From Candidatus Kaiserbacteria bacterium (GTDB lineage Bacteria; Patescibacteriota; Minisyncoccia; Phycocordibacterales; Phycocordibacteraceae), in the NCBI GenBank assembly GCA_016194455.1, contig JACQBN010000010.1:1-57115 (forward strand): a stretch of 57,115 nucleotides of DNA, given 5' to 3'. This document shows positions 38,035 through 47,755 of the stretch, in pieces. The translations under genes were made by a program, and so were the position numbers. Within the stretch, counting starts at the first letter, position 1. Every line of letters begins with the position of its first letter. Under the pieces are notes generated by a model. That model did no database searches and was not told the origin of the DNA. It was given only the letters and a program-made list of their open reading frames with translations.

Positions 38035-38836
38035 GATTTTCTGGCTTAGTCCCGATGACGCTCCAGCTATAGTCGTGCCGGTGGTAGAGCCGCACATCCT
38101 GGAAGCCCGCATCAGCAACAAGCGCCCGCGCTTCGGCCTCGCGGTAATATTTCGCATACGCGGGATTCAGCTGGTCGTAGATGGTCATATAGCGCGTGAC
38201 GTGCGGGAAGCGCGCGAGCACGTTTCTCATGTAGACATGCATGGGGAGCGGAAGGAAGCGACAGAGAAAAATATAGAGCTCGAGGAAGACATACAGCACC
38301 GCGGTGAGTGCGAGCAGTGCGAAGTGCGGCAGCCGTTTCGTCATTTTCCTCATCGGCTCTGCGAAGGAGAGATACGTCTCGTTGCCCTCGCGGCCGTAGA
38401 CCCAGATGAGGAGCTTCCCGCCCGGCCGTAGCGCCCGATACGCGGCGTGCAGCACCGGCCTCGGGTCGGGAATATGGTGGATCACCCCGATCGAAAACAC
38501 ATACTCAAGGCCGAGATCGGCAGGAAGTTGCTCGCCCGGTATGGGGAGGCACGTGATCTTTCCACTACGCCCCGCCGTGTTCGCCTGTAAGATATCCATC
38601 GCCGCCGAGGGCTCTACCGCCCAGACGTGGCTCGCGCCGGCGTCGAGGAGCATGTTGACGATGCGCCCTGTGCCGCTGCCTATTTCCGCGACTCGCGCGC
38701 CCCGCAGATCCTCGGCGGGCAGCAGCGGACCCATGATGTCTGAAAGAAGCGCCACAGCGCCGTAGAATCCCGGGTTACTGCGGAAGGTCTGCCATTGCTC
38801 GCCGAAGTCCTCTATCGTTTTTTGCGTTTCGTTCAT
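38009..38836 (-). CDS. class I SAM-dependent methyltransferase
   Basis: DFGEQW, EIGSGTGR, SIGVIHH, LRPGG, YDQLNP. Confidence 0.9.
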   Translation of the reverse strand: MNETQKTIEDFGEQWQTFRSNPGFYGAVALLSDIMGPLLPAEDLRGARVAEIGSGTGRIVNMLLDAGASHVWAVEPSAAMDILQANTAGRSGKITCLPIPGEQLPADLGLEYVFSIGVIHHIPDPRPVLHAAYRALRPGGKLLIWVYGREGNETYLSFAEPMRKMTKRLPHFALLALTAVLYVFLELYIFLCRFLPLPMHVYMRNVLARFPHVTRYMTIYDQLNPAYAKYYREAEARALVADAGFQDVRLYHRHDYSWSVIGTKPENPKAGQSGR

Positions 38837-38846
38837 AGTCCCTCAT

Positions 38847-40436
38847 TCAGTGCTTCAGATAGTCTCGCATATGCACCCCAATGCGGTTCGCGTTCGCCAT
38901 GACGGTAAGCCCCGGGGGCTTCGCGGGAAGCGCGTGCCAGGAGGCGGTGTCGGCGACGAAGATTCCTTCCGCGCCGCGGAGTTTGCCTTTCAAGTCGACC
39001 GAGAGGACGCCCAGAAGCGGCGTGGCGCTGGAGGGGATTCCACCCGCGTAGTGCGAGGTCGCGCCGTACGGGCTCTCAATGGTGCGCAGGGGCAGGAGGC
39101 CGAGGCTGCGGAGCGCGCGCTTGATGTTCCGTACTTCCGCTCGATCACCGCTCGGGAGCGACGGATGCACAATCTCCACGAAGTCGCGCGCGGAGCCCTT
39201 GCGGAGTGTCAGGTACCGCGCGGGCGAAGCGATAGAGGGGAAGCGAATATCGGCAAGAACAATCGAGGGGACGAGAAGCGCGAGCGCCTGAAGCGCGTGG
39301 GGCACCGGGAGCGGGACATAGCGCAGGAGCTTATGGAGAAGGAGCGCGCCGTAGCTGTAGAGCTGCACGTATGCGCTCATCATTCCCGAGCGTCGCTTCG
39401 CGCTCTCGAGCACGAGCTGGCAGAGGCTGTGGTGCTGCGGATCCGGCGCCCTCCCGAGGCGCGCAAGCAGCACGCTCGGGACGAGATAATTGTTTTTAAG
39501 AATGATGGGCACCGGCTCGTCGTAGCGACCGAAGCTCGCGAGCAGAATCCGGGTCGTGTTTACACTCCCGGCAGCAAGCACGACCCCGCGCGCCTCATAG
39601 ATCAGCGCGTTTCCCGTATCTACATCCTCGGCAGTAATACGCACGCCACTCGCAGTAGCTGCTACGTGAGAGACCAGGCGTCGCGGGATGTAACTGAAGT
39701 TCGGCTGCCGCTCCAGCCCCTCGAGCGTGTAATGGCCGCGGTAGACGGACCGGCCGATGTTGTCCCAGAAGTCCATATCACGATAGTCCGTCGCTCGCCG
39801 CGCGCCCTTGTCCCTAGAAAGAAGAGCAAGCGCCGGCTGTGTGAGCGTGTAGCCTTGAGTACGGAGATGATTCTTTTTGCGCGCATACCGCCTGAGCAGT
39901 TCCATATGGTTGTCGTCGAGTTTGACGGGGGGCTGTAGATCGAAGCGGAACTTCGGCCCCGAGACGCCGATGCGCTCGATAACCGCCTGGTAGTGCTCGG
40001 GCATTTCCTCGGCGGGAATGCCAACCACAGCGCATTCCTCTTCATCTAAGAAGCCGCAGACCGCACCCCACGCCTCCGAAAGCCCGCCGCGTGCAAGACT
40101 CTCGGTAATGACCGCGTCACTGCTTTTAGTCGGCAGGAGTTCCGGGGCGGAGCGGACAACATAGGAGCGCCGGCCGCTTGTCATCGTGCCCGCGTGTCCC
40201 GCATCTTGCTCGAACGCGCCAATGCCCGAAAGATCCTCGCCGAGGAAGATTCGCTGCTGCGTAGGATCCAAGCGCCGATGTTCTGCAAACGTCATTGCGG
40301 ATCCTGCCTCAAGCACGCGGGAATCATCCTCGCCGACATCAAGCATTGCGACCGCATACCCCGCTTCTACGAGTGGACACGCGGCATGTATTCCCGAGAG
40401 CCCGCTCCCGATGATAATTGTGTCAAAGCGCCGCAT
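38847..40436 (-). CDS. GMC-family FAD oxidoreductase
   Basis: IIGSGLSG, GGLSEAWG, LAAGSVNT, SHYAG, TVMANANR. Start placed at ATG 40436. Confidence 0.85.
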   Translation of the reverse strand: MRRFDTIIIGSGLSGIHAACPLVEAGYAVAMLDVGEDDSRVLEAGSAMTFAEHRRLDPTQQRIFLGEDLSGIGAFEQDAGHAGTMTSGRRSYVVRSAPELLPTKSSDAVITESLARGGLSEAWGAVCGFLDEEECAVVGIPAEEMPEHYQAVIERIGVSGPKFRFDLQPPVKLDDNHMELLRRYARKKNHLRTQGYTLTQPALALLSRDKGARRATDYRDMDFWDNIGRSVYRGHYTLEGLERQPNFSYIPRRLVSHVAATASGVRITAEDVDTGNALIYEARGVVLAAGSVNTTRILLASFGRYDEPVPIILKNNYLVPSVLLARLGRAPDPQHHSLCQLVLESAKRRSGMMSAYVQLYSYGALLLHKLLRYVPLPVPHALQALALLVPSIVLADIRFPSIASPARYLTLRKGSARDFVEIVHPSLPSGDRAEVRNIKRALRSLGLLPLRTIESPYGATSHYAGGIPSSATPLLGVLSVDLKGKLRGAEGIFVADTASWHALPAKPPGLTVMANANRIGVHMRDYLKH

Positions 40437-41700
40437 GGCGAGAGGGCCGGGCACGAAGAAGCCCGTAAGAAAGCGCCGCGAGCGAGGAGAAACCAATGCG
40501 ACACAGTCGGATGAGTAAAGAGGGGAGCGAGATCTGGCGCGGTAAGAGATAGCCTGCCGACTGCGGGCTGCACTCGGCGATTGCGGCCGCGATCAGGAGC
40601 TTCCGGCGCAAGGTGCCATTCGGGTCCCTGAATCGCGTCGCAGCATCCTCCGCCTTAAGGCGCCACGGACTTCTAAGGAGAGCGGAGTCAAGCGGCACGC
40701 CGGCAAGCCCGTATAAGTCACTGGCTTGCTCGTAGCGTGCAACGTGTTCCCCGGACGGATGCCGCCCCCCCAGCACATAGCGCATAAGGACATACGGCTC
40801 CCGGCTCTCTCGTTTCATCTCCGCCTTAAGGAGCGCAAGGCCCTCCGCGAGTGTGCGGGGGCGAAGGTCGTAGCGGGCATTGAACGTGCTAGTATCGATT
40901 GGCACGTCCACATTCGCGCCAAGCACATTACTGAGTGTAAGAGGCGGCTTGCGCAACAGTAGTTTGAAAAGCAGCGCAAGCGCATACGCGAACGCAAGCG
41001 GAATCGGGAATAGCCGGACGCGCTTCTTGAGCACCCCCTGCCCGACGAGGCGCGTGAGGGCGGCGAGGGAAACAAGATCGGGGCCCCCGAGATCGTAGGA
41101 AGCCGGCGCACTCCAATTTCCGGAAAGTACTTTCTCTATCGCCGCGGCGACGTCGAGCACGTGGATCGGGCGATACATAATTCTGCCCGAGCCGATGACG
41201 GGCGCGAGCGGGAGGCGCGCATAGCGGATCAGGGAGCCCACGACGCCGTGCGCAGGATCTCCGTACACTACGCTCAGCCGGAGTGTTATCGTCGGGACAG
41301 AGCTTTTTGCGAACAGCGCATCAGCGTCGCTCTTGGTCTTCGCGTATACTCCCTGACGGAGAAGTTTTGTAGACATAGTGCTGACATTGACGATGCCGCG
41401 CATGCCTTGAGCGCGCGCGGTGCTAATCACATTCTCCGCTCCGCCGACGTTCACCGCGCGACTTCCCGGCTCATCGGATTTGAGCGCGGCCAGATGCACA
41501 ATATGGTCGACGCCCTGCGCCGCCACCTCAAGCGCGGCCCGGTCGCACACATCAGCCACTCTCCACACGAGGCCCGAGCGGTCGAAGGTGATACCCTCCG
41601 GCGCGCGCACCAACGCGACCACCTCGTAGCCTCGCTCGAGCAGGAAGGGCACGAGTGTCCGGCCGATAAACCCGCCCGCCCCCGTCACTAGAACTTTCAT
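40423..41700 (-). CDS. NAD-dependent epimerase/atypical SDR with C-terminal extension
   Basis: VTGAGGFIG, HLAA, YAKTK, RPIHVLDVA, YDLGGP. Confidence 0.85.
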   Translation of the reverse strand: MKVLVTGAGGFIGRTLVPFLLERGYEVVALVRAPEGITFDRSGLVWRVADVCDRAALEVAAQGVDHIVHLAALKSDEPGSRAVNVGGAENVISTARAQGMRGIVNVSTMSTKLLRQGVYAKTKSDADALFAKSSVPTITLRLSVVYGDPAHGVVGSLIRYARLPLAPVIGSGRIMYRPIHVLDVAAAIEKVLSGNWSAPASYDLGGPDLVSLAALTRLVGQGVLKKRVRLFPIPLAFAYALALLFKLLLRKPPLTLSNVLGANVDVPIDTSTFNARYDLRPRTLAEGLALLKAEMKRESREPYVLMRYVLGGRHPSGEHVARYEQASDLYGLAGVPLDSALLRSPWRLKAEDAATRFRDPNGTLRRKLLIAAAIAECSPQSAGYLLPRQISLPSLLIRLCRIGFSSLAALSYGLLRARPSRHAAL

Positions 41701-41738
41701 CCGCGTGATTATATACTACCGAGCGTTGTGGTCCCGTC

Positions 41739-42593
41739 ATGAAACAAAGCTATTCCATCATTCTCCCCGCCTACAACGAGGCGGCCGCGATCGGCGCGGT
41801 GCTTGTCGATCTTCAGCAAGAGTTCTCGAAGGAGGAGATCATCGTCGTCGACGATTGCTCTACTGATGGCACCGCAGCCGTCGCCGCCCGCTACCCGGTC
41901 ACACTGCTGCGGAACGTACAGAATTTCGGCTACGGCTATTCGCTCAAGCGCGGCATCAAGAGCGCTGTCCACGAGCACGTGATCATCCTCGACGCCGACG
42001 GCTCATATCCGGTCGCGGCTCTCGCCCCCCTCGTCGCGGAATATGAAAAAGGTTTTGACATGGTGGTCGGCACGCGCCAGGGCTCCTTCTATCACGGCCC
42101 GCTCCTTAAGCGCATGGCGCGCGCATGCTTCCGCGCGCTCTCGGAATTCGCGACCGGTCGTACGATCCCCGACATCAACTCCGGTTGCCGCATCTTCCGC
42201 AAGGATCTAGCGCTTCGTTTCTTCCACACGCTTTCCACCGGCTTTTCCTTCACAACCACCATCACGCTCGCCTTCTTATTGAACGCGTACGCCGTGCGCT
42301 ACCTGCCGATCGAGTATCACAAACGCACCGGCAACTCCAAGGTCCGCTATCTGCGCGATACGCTTCGCTCCGCGCAGATCATTACCGAAGCGATCATCTT
42401 CTACAATCCGCTCAAGATGTTCCTGCTGTGCGCGGCAATCATCTTCTGCGCGGGCATCGCTTCCTTCTTCATCGGGTTCTACTCGCCCCCGCTCGCGTTC
42501 CTCTTTTTCTTCACGATTGCGGCGAGCGTTGCGACGCTCGCGCTCGGCTTCATTGCGGTTTTCCTGAAGTTTACCCACGACGCTCACTCCTGA
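41739..42593 (+). CDS. GT2 glycosyltransferase with C-terminal TMs
   Basis: PAYNE, DDCSTD, LDADG, DINSGCR, GFSFTTT. Confidence 0.92.
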   Translation: MKQSYSIILPAYNEAAAIGAVLVDLQQEFSKEEIIVVDDCSTDGTAAVAARYPVTLLRNVQNFGYGYSLKRGIKSAVHEHVIILDADGSYPVAALAPLVAEYEKGFDMVVGTRQGSFYHGPLLKRMARACFRALSEFATGRTIPDINSGCRIFRKDLALRFFHTLSTGFSFTTTITLAFLLNAYAVRYLPIEYHKRTGNSKVRYLRDTLRSAQIITEAIIFYNPLKMFLLCAAIIFCAGIASFFIGFYSPPLAFLFFFTIAASVATLALGFIAVFLKFTHDAHS

Positions 42594-44296
42594 ACCCTCC
42601 GTGCGATATAGGTGATGCCGAGACCCGTTTGCTCCAGATACGGGCGCAACAGGACGGCAGGGTATTCCTTCTGGTCCTCCGGCGAGAAGATCCCACAAGC
42701 GGCGGGATTGACGGCCAAGCAGGATCCGCGCGCGGCCTCGGCGGCGCTGCAAAGCCGACTGCAATCCTGCGTAATAGCCCACACGGCGCTCGTGCTGCTG
42801 GCAAGCCCCGCGAGCAGTGCTGATTCTTCTCGCGGCGTGTCAGCGAAGAGCACGAGCGGTTTGAATGATATCTCTCGGGCAACCAGGTCAAGATGCTGGC
42901 GCAGGAAGACGAAGCGCGTCTGATTTCTCCGGCGGTCGTCGAGCTCGCCGAGCGAGGAGGTATTGAGCGGGAGCGAGAGCCGCGCCGCGGAGGGTTCAAT
43001 AAGGAAAATGTTTGAAGACGAATTGTACACGCGCGCGATCGTCTCGCGCAGCAGGACTGCAGAGGAGGGCCACCAGTAGAGGGTAATCGCCTGCGTGCCC
43101 ACGGCGAAGAAAAAAAATCCGCTTGCCACGAGTGCGATAGTGCACGCCCAGCGGCTCGCTCCGAGGAGCAGCACGGCGGAGAAGGAACAGGCGGCCGCGA
43201 GTGGGACCGAATAGCGCGGGAAGAGGCTGAAGCCGATAAGGCCATAGTAAAAAAGAAACACCAGTATCGGATGGATACCCGCGATAATCCAGTATCGGCG
43301 AGTTCGAGATTCGGCGGACGCGAAGCCGCCACGCGAAAGGCGCCAGAGGAGGAGTGCGACCCCGACTGTATATAAGAGTATGAGCGGCTGGCTCTGGAGC
43401 GCGTAGACAACGGGGTCGGAGAGCCGATGGACCCAGTCAATCGCAGCGGAGGCGGTCCGGGTCGAGTTGCCGGCAGGATCGAGGAGCGAGGGATGCGCTC
43501 GGGCGATAAGCCCCCGGTAGAGGAACGAGATTTGCGTAAGGGAGAAAAGAACTAAGAGATACCAACGTCGCCTGAGATACTCCCCAATATCGCGCAGGCT
43601 GACATGCTCGAGCAAAAGCGCATAGGCAGCCCAGAGGCCGACCGAATAGACACCGATGAAATTCTGGAAGAAAGCAAGCACTGCAGCCCAGATGAGAAGT
43701 GCGGCGTAGCAGCCGCGCGAGATGAAGGACCTCCCCTTCTGGGCCAGATAATATTCGTTGGTGAGGAAAAGGGTGCCCACCGCGGCATCGAGAAGGAACG
43801 CGAGCGGCCAGACCTTTGCGGTGTGGATGAGACCGAGCAGGAGTGAGTTCCCGAGCAGGAGGAACAGGAGTAAGAGAAGATTAAGCCCGAGAGCGCGCGG
43901 AATTCTCCGTCGAACGAGATAGAGCACGCAGAATGCGATGAATCCAAGCACGAGAAATCCGTTGACGAGACGCAGCACCTGGAGCAGATCTCCGGTATGG
44001 AGCGCAATCCGGATTTCCGTTTCGACGAGAGAGAAATGGCTCGCAAGCGCAATCGCGCCCACGACCGGCACAAGCGCGAGCGTATCGAGATAGGTCTGTA
44101 CGCCGCCGTAGTACGCGCCGGAAGCCGAGAACTCCCAGCCGGGCAGCGTCACCTTTTGTATTGCGGAGAGCGAGCTCGTGAGGAAGTAACTCTCGTCCTG
44201 GATGAGATCAGGATTATTGCCGAAGGAGTTCGGGTAGAGCAGGGCGAACGCGACGAAGATCACGAGACCGAGGAGGAGCGGGCGCGAAAGACTCAT
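42584..44296 (-). CDS. multi-TM membrane protein, GT-C/PMT-like
   Basis: QDESYF motif after TM1, many TMs, FPRY. Start placed at ATG 44296. Confidence 0.7.
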   Translation of the reverse strand: MSLSRPLLLGLVIFVAFALLYPNSFGNNPDLIQDESYFLTSSLSAIQKVTLPGWEFSASGAYYGGVQTYLDTLALVPVVGAIALASHFSLVETEIRIALHTGDLLQVLRLVNGFLVLGFIAFCVLYLVRRRIPRALGLNLLLLLFLLLGNSLLLGLIHTAKVWPLAFLLDAAVGTLFLTNEYYLAQKGRSFISRGCYAALLIWAAVLAFFQNFIGVYSVGLWAAYALLLEHVSLRDIGEYLRRRWYLLVLFSLTQISFLYRGLIARAHPSLLDPAGNSTRTASAAIDWVHRLSDPVVYALQSQPLILLYTVGVALLLWRLSRGGFASAESRTRRYWIIAGIHPILVFLFYYGLIGFSLFPRYSVPLAAACSFSAVLLLGASRWACTIALVASGFFFFAVGTQAITLYWWPSSAVLLRETIARVYNSSSNIFLIEPSAARLSLPLNTSSLGELDDRRRNQTRFVFLRQHLDLVAREISFKPLVLFADTPREESALLAGLASSTSAVWAITQDCSRLCSAAEAARGSCLAVNPAACGIFSPEDQKEYPAVLLRPYLEQTGLGITYIARRVQE

Positions 44297-44312
44297 GATA
44301 CTATGGTACTCC

Positions 44313-46475
44313 ATGTCGGGGACGGCGAAGCAAATCGCACGATGGACAGCACTCGGGGCGCTCTTCCTCATACCACTTACGCCGCTTATCGTTGCGAACG
44401 GTTTCTTCTTCCCGTTCATCACCGCGAAGGCCTTCTACTTCCGCAGTCTGGTGGAGATCACGGTTTGCGCCTGGGCCGTGCTTGCGCTGCTGGATACAGA
44501 ATATCGCCCGCGCTTCTCGTGGGTTGGCGCGGCGGTGCTCGCGTTCGTGCTCTGGATGTTCGTTGCGGATGCCTTCGCGATCAATGCCTTCAAGGCCTTT
44601 TGGAGCAACTTGGAGCGCATGGAGGGATGGGTGCTGCTCATCCATCTTCTCGGATTCTTCTTCGCGGCTTCTGCGGTGCTGCGTACGGAGCGAAAATGGC
44701 GCGGCTGGTTCCTCACCTCGCTCGCCGTCTCCCTCGTCGTCTCTGCCCACGCACTGCTGCAGCTTAGCGGCGCGCTCTCGATCCACCAGGGTTCCATTCG
44801 CATCGACGCGTCTTTCGGTAACTCGGCGTATCTGGCAATCTATCTCCTCTTTAACGTCTTTATCGCGCTCTGGCTCGCGTTTGGCGAAAAGCGCATCTGG
44901 CTGAGGTGGGGCCTCATTGCACTCGCTGCGCTTGAAGCCGTATTCATCTTCTTCACCGAGACGCGCGGTACGGTGCTCGGGCTCGTGGGCGCTCTCCTGC
45001 TCGCCGCGCTCCTCACCGCGGTCACGGGAGGGAGGCGCGCCCGCCGCCTCGCGGCGGGCGCGTTCGTACTTATCCTCGTGCTTGCGGGAGGCTTCTTCTT
45101 GGCGCGCAACTCAAGCTTCGTCCAAAATAATTCCAGCTTACAACGTATTGCCTCCGTCTCGCTCGCGGACGGCCAGACGCGCTTCACCATTTGGCACATG
45201 GCATGGGAGGGGTTCCTCGAGAGCCCGGTGGTCGGCTGGGGGCAGGAGGGCTTCAACTACGTTTTCAATAAGTTCTACGAGTCCTCGCTCTACACGCAGG
45301 AGCCGTGGTTTGATCGCGCGCATAACGCATTCCTTGATTGGCTCACCGCCGGCGGAGCGCCTGCGTTCCTGCTCTACCTCTCGCTCTTCATTACCGCGCT
45401 TATCGCGCTCTGGCGGAGCTCAACGCTCGCGCGCGCCGAACGCGTCCTGCTCACCGCCGCGCTCGCGGGCTACGCCTGCCACAATCTCTTCGTTTTTGAT
45501 AATCTCTATTCGTACGTCTACTTCTTCGCGATACTTGCGCTCATCGATGCGCAACTATCGCGCCCGATCCAGACGTTTGAGTCGGCGCCTGCACTCACCG
45601 GTGAGCGCGGCCTCACCTACGCGCTCCCGCTCGCGAGCGTAGCGGCACTCATACTCATCTGGTTCGTGAACGTGCCGGGGCTCCGCGTAGGGACTGAACT
45701 CATCACTGCGCTCTCGCCCTCGCCCTCGGGTCTCTCGGCGAACCTTGCGACTTTTGAAGATCTTGCGGCGCATCCCGCTTTCGCCGCGCAGGAGGTGCGC
45801 GAGCAGATCGTCTCCTTCGCAAATATGCTTGCGCAGAACCCGAATGTCCCCGCGGACCAGAAGCAATCGTTCGCCACGCTCGCCGTTGCAGAAATCAGCA
45901 AGGAGGTCGCGGCGCATCCGCGTGACGCGCGCGCGCGACTCGAGCTCGTCTTCGCGTATCGCACCCTCGGTGATACACCCGGCGCTCTTAAGGAGCTCCA
46001 AGCAGCTGCGCTACTCTCGCCGGGCAAGGAGGATATTTATGTCCAACAGGGGGTCGCCGAGTGGGACGCGGGCGATGTCAAAGCGGCACAAGCCGCGTTC
46101 AGTAAAGCGTATACGCTCGGGCCACAGTTTAGCGATCTGGCCGCCGCCGCCGCCGCTGGCGACTTCGTGGCGGGCGATGCGGCTGCGGGCGATGCGCTCC
46201 TCATCAAGGCTTTCGGGACTACGGTGGCGGACAGCGACATCCTCGCCTCCGCTTATTACCGTACCAAGGCCTGGGGGCGACTGATCGCGCTCTGGCAGAT
46301 GCGCGCGAGTAAACCCGGCGCGAGCGCGCAGACGCTCTTTGGGCTCGCGGCCGCCTACTACGCCGCGGGAGAGAAAGCACAGGCGATCGCCGCTATCCAA
46401 CACGCGATTGAAGTCTATCCGCAGGCCGCCTCTGCGGGCGCCGCGGCGATAGCACAGATCAAGGCGGGGCAATGA
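44313..46475 (+). CDS. O-antigen ligase (Wzy_C/PglL-like) with C-terminal TPR-like repeats
   Basis: ERMEG, SFGNSAY, TETRG, R..IW...GWGQEGF, DRAHN, Ala-rich helical repeats. Confidence 0.88.
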   Translation: MSGTAKQIARWTALGALFLIPLTPLIVANGFFFPFITAKAFYFRSLVEITVCAWAVLALLDTEYRPRFSWVGAAVLAFVLWMFVADAFAINAFKAFWSNLERMEGWVLLIHLLGFFFAASAVLRTERKWRGWFLTSLAVSLVVSAHALLQLSGALSIHQGSIRIDASFGNSAYLAIYLLFNVFIALWLAFGEKRIWLRWGLIALAALEAVFIFFTETRGTVLGLVGALLLAALLTAVTGGRRARRLAAGAFVLILVLAGGFFLARNSSFVQNNSSLQRIASVSLADGQTRFTIWHMAWEGFLESPVVGWGQEGFNYVFNKFYESSLYTQEPWFDRAHNAFLDWLTAGGAPAFLLYLSLFITALIALWRSSTLARAERVLLTAALAGYACHNLFVFDNLYSYVYFFAILALIDAQLSRPIQTFESAPALTGERGLTYALPLASVAALILIWFVNVPGLRVGTELITALSPSPSGLSANLATFEDLAAHPAFAAQEVREQIVSFANMLAQNPNVPADQKQSFATLAVAEISKEVAAHPRDARARLELVFAYRTLGDTPGALKELQAAALLSPGKEDIYVQQGVAEWDAGDVKAAQAAFSKAYTLGPQFSDLAAAAAAGDFVAGDAAAGDALLIKAFGTTVADSDILASAYYRTKAWGRLIALWQMRASKPGASAQTLFGLAAAYYAAGEKAQAIAAIQHAIEVYPQAASAGAAAIAQIKAGQ

Positions 46476-47494
46476 ACATCCGCGAGCACACCAGACTCGC
46501 GCCGTTCACGACGTTTCGAGTGGGCGGAGAAGCGCAACTTTTTACAGCCTGCGAGACCGAGGAGGAGGTGAGTGCCGCGGTCGCGCATGCGCGCGACCGC
46601 GGCGTTCCGTTTCTGCCGTTTGGATCAGGATCAAACATTCTTGTACCGGACGAAGGCGTTTCTGGTTTGGCTGCGAAGATAGAAATAAACAGAATCTCAT
46701 TTGAAGAAAGGGGAGATACGGTAGACGTCAGCGCGGGCGCTGGAGTCGTGTGGGACGCGTTGGTACAAGAAGCCGCCGCGCGCAATCTCTGGGGTATAGA
46801 AAATCTCGCGGGCATCCCGGGCACGGTCGGCGGCGCCCCAATCCAGAACATCGGCGCCTATGGCGCCGAGCTTGCCGATACGTTTCTCTATGCCGATGCG
46901 ATTGACGCGGCGAGCGGCACTCGCCAATGTATCGATACACCCGCCGCACGGTTTGGCTACCGCGACAGCGTGTTCAAGAAAAATAGAAATCTCATACTTA
47001 CGCGAATCGTGCTACGGCTCTCAAGAACTCCCAAACCACACCTCGCCTACCGCGACCTCGCAGATGCGCGTGGGCGGAGCGAGCCACTCAATTCTCCCGG
47101 AGAAATTGGAGCCGCTGTGCGCCGCATCCGGAGCGCAAAGTTTCCGGATTTGGCGCAAGAAGGCACCGCCGGCTCATTCTTCAAGAATCCCGTTGTCTCG
47201 CGGGCGACTGCGGATGCTCTCGTTAAGAAATTTCCAAGCTTGCCGATCTTCCCGCGGGCGGGTGGAAGCGTGAAGCTCTCGCTCGCGTGGCTCTTGGACC
47301 ACGCGCTCGCGCTCAAGGGGTTTGCGGTCAGGCAGGCGCGACTTTTTGAACGGCAGCCGCTCGTCATCGTTGCATCTCGAGGGGCATCGGCGCACGACAT
47401 AGACGCTTGCGCGCAAGAAGTGGAGAAGCGCGTGCAAAACGCGACAGGCATCACGCTTGTGCGCGAGGTGGAAACGTTCGGCGCGCGGCGCTGA
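46472..47494 (+). CDS. murB: UDP-N-acetylenolpyruvoylglucosamine reductase
   Basis: TTFRVGG, GSGSNIL, GIPGTVGGAPIQNIGAYG, FGYRDS, GSFFKNP. Confidence 0.96.
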   Translation: MNIREHTRLAPFTTFRVGGEAQLFTACETEEEVSAAVAHARDRGVPFLPFGSGSNILVPDEGVSGLAAKIEINRISFEERGDTVDVSAGAGVVWDALVQEAAARNLWGIENLAGIPGTVGGAPIQNIGAYGAELADTFLYADAIDAASGTRQCIDTPAARFGYRDSVFKKNRNLILTRIVLRLSRTPKPHLAYRDLADARGRSEPLNSPGEIGAAVRRIRSAKFPDLAQEGTAGSFFKNPVVSRATADALVKKFPSLPIFPRAGGSVKLSLAWLLDHALALKGFAVRQARLFERQPLVIVASRGASAHDIDACAQEVEKRVQNATGITLVREVETFGARR

Positions 47495-47502
47495 GGCAAA
47501 AG

Positions 47503-47511
47503 TTATCCACA
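47503..47511 (+). promoter_or_regulatory. DnaA box (perfect TTATCCACA)
   Basis: Exact consensus in the intergenic region after murB; a single site. Confidence 0.45.
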
Positions 47512-47632
47512 CATTTTCGTTTTTCTTCGCGCAGAGAACATTTTCGCGCGATAATGACGAGCAGAAACGTTTGCGCCACGATTACTTTCGCGCAGGCGGG
47601 TCGACATACTAACCATTCACCGAACCACCACC

Positions 47633-47698
47633 ATGGCCAAGAGACGCAAGGCAAAGAAAGCGGGCAAGAAAGCGAAGCGCGCGAAGCGTCGCCGCTAG
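47633..47698 (+). CDS. 21-aa Lys/Arg-rich microprotein MAKRRKAKKAGKKAKRAKRRR
   Basis: Clean ATG..TAG in a ~260 bp intergenic gap, A/C-rich leader, followed at once by a terminator. Confidence 0.7.
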   Translation: MAKRRKAKKAGKKAKRAKRRR

Positions 47699-47709
47699 TG
47701 TGCACCACT

Positions 47710-47741
47710 CGCAAAAGGCTCCCCGAGGGGAGCCTTTTGCG
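47710..47741 (+). terminator. intrinsic terminator (possibly bidirectional)
   Basis: CGCAAAAGGCTCCCC-ga-GGGGAGCCTTTTGCG. Confidence 0.85.
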
Positions 47742-47755
47742 TTATAGTGCTCGCG

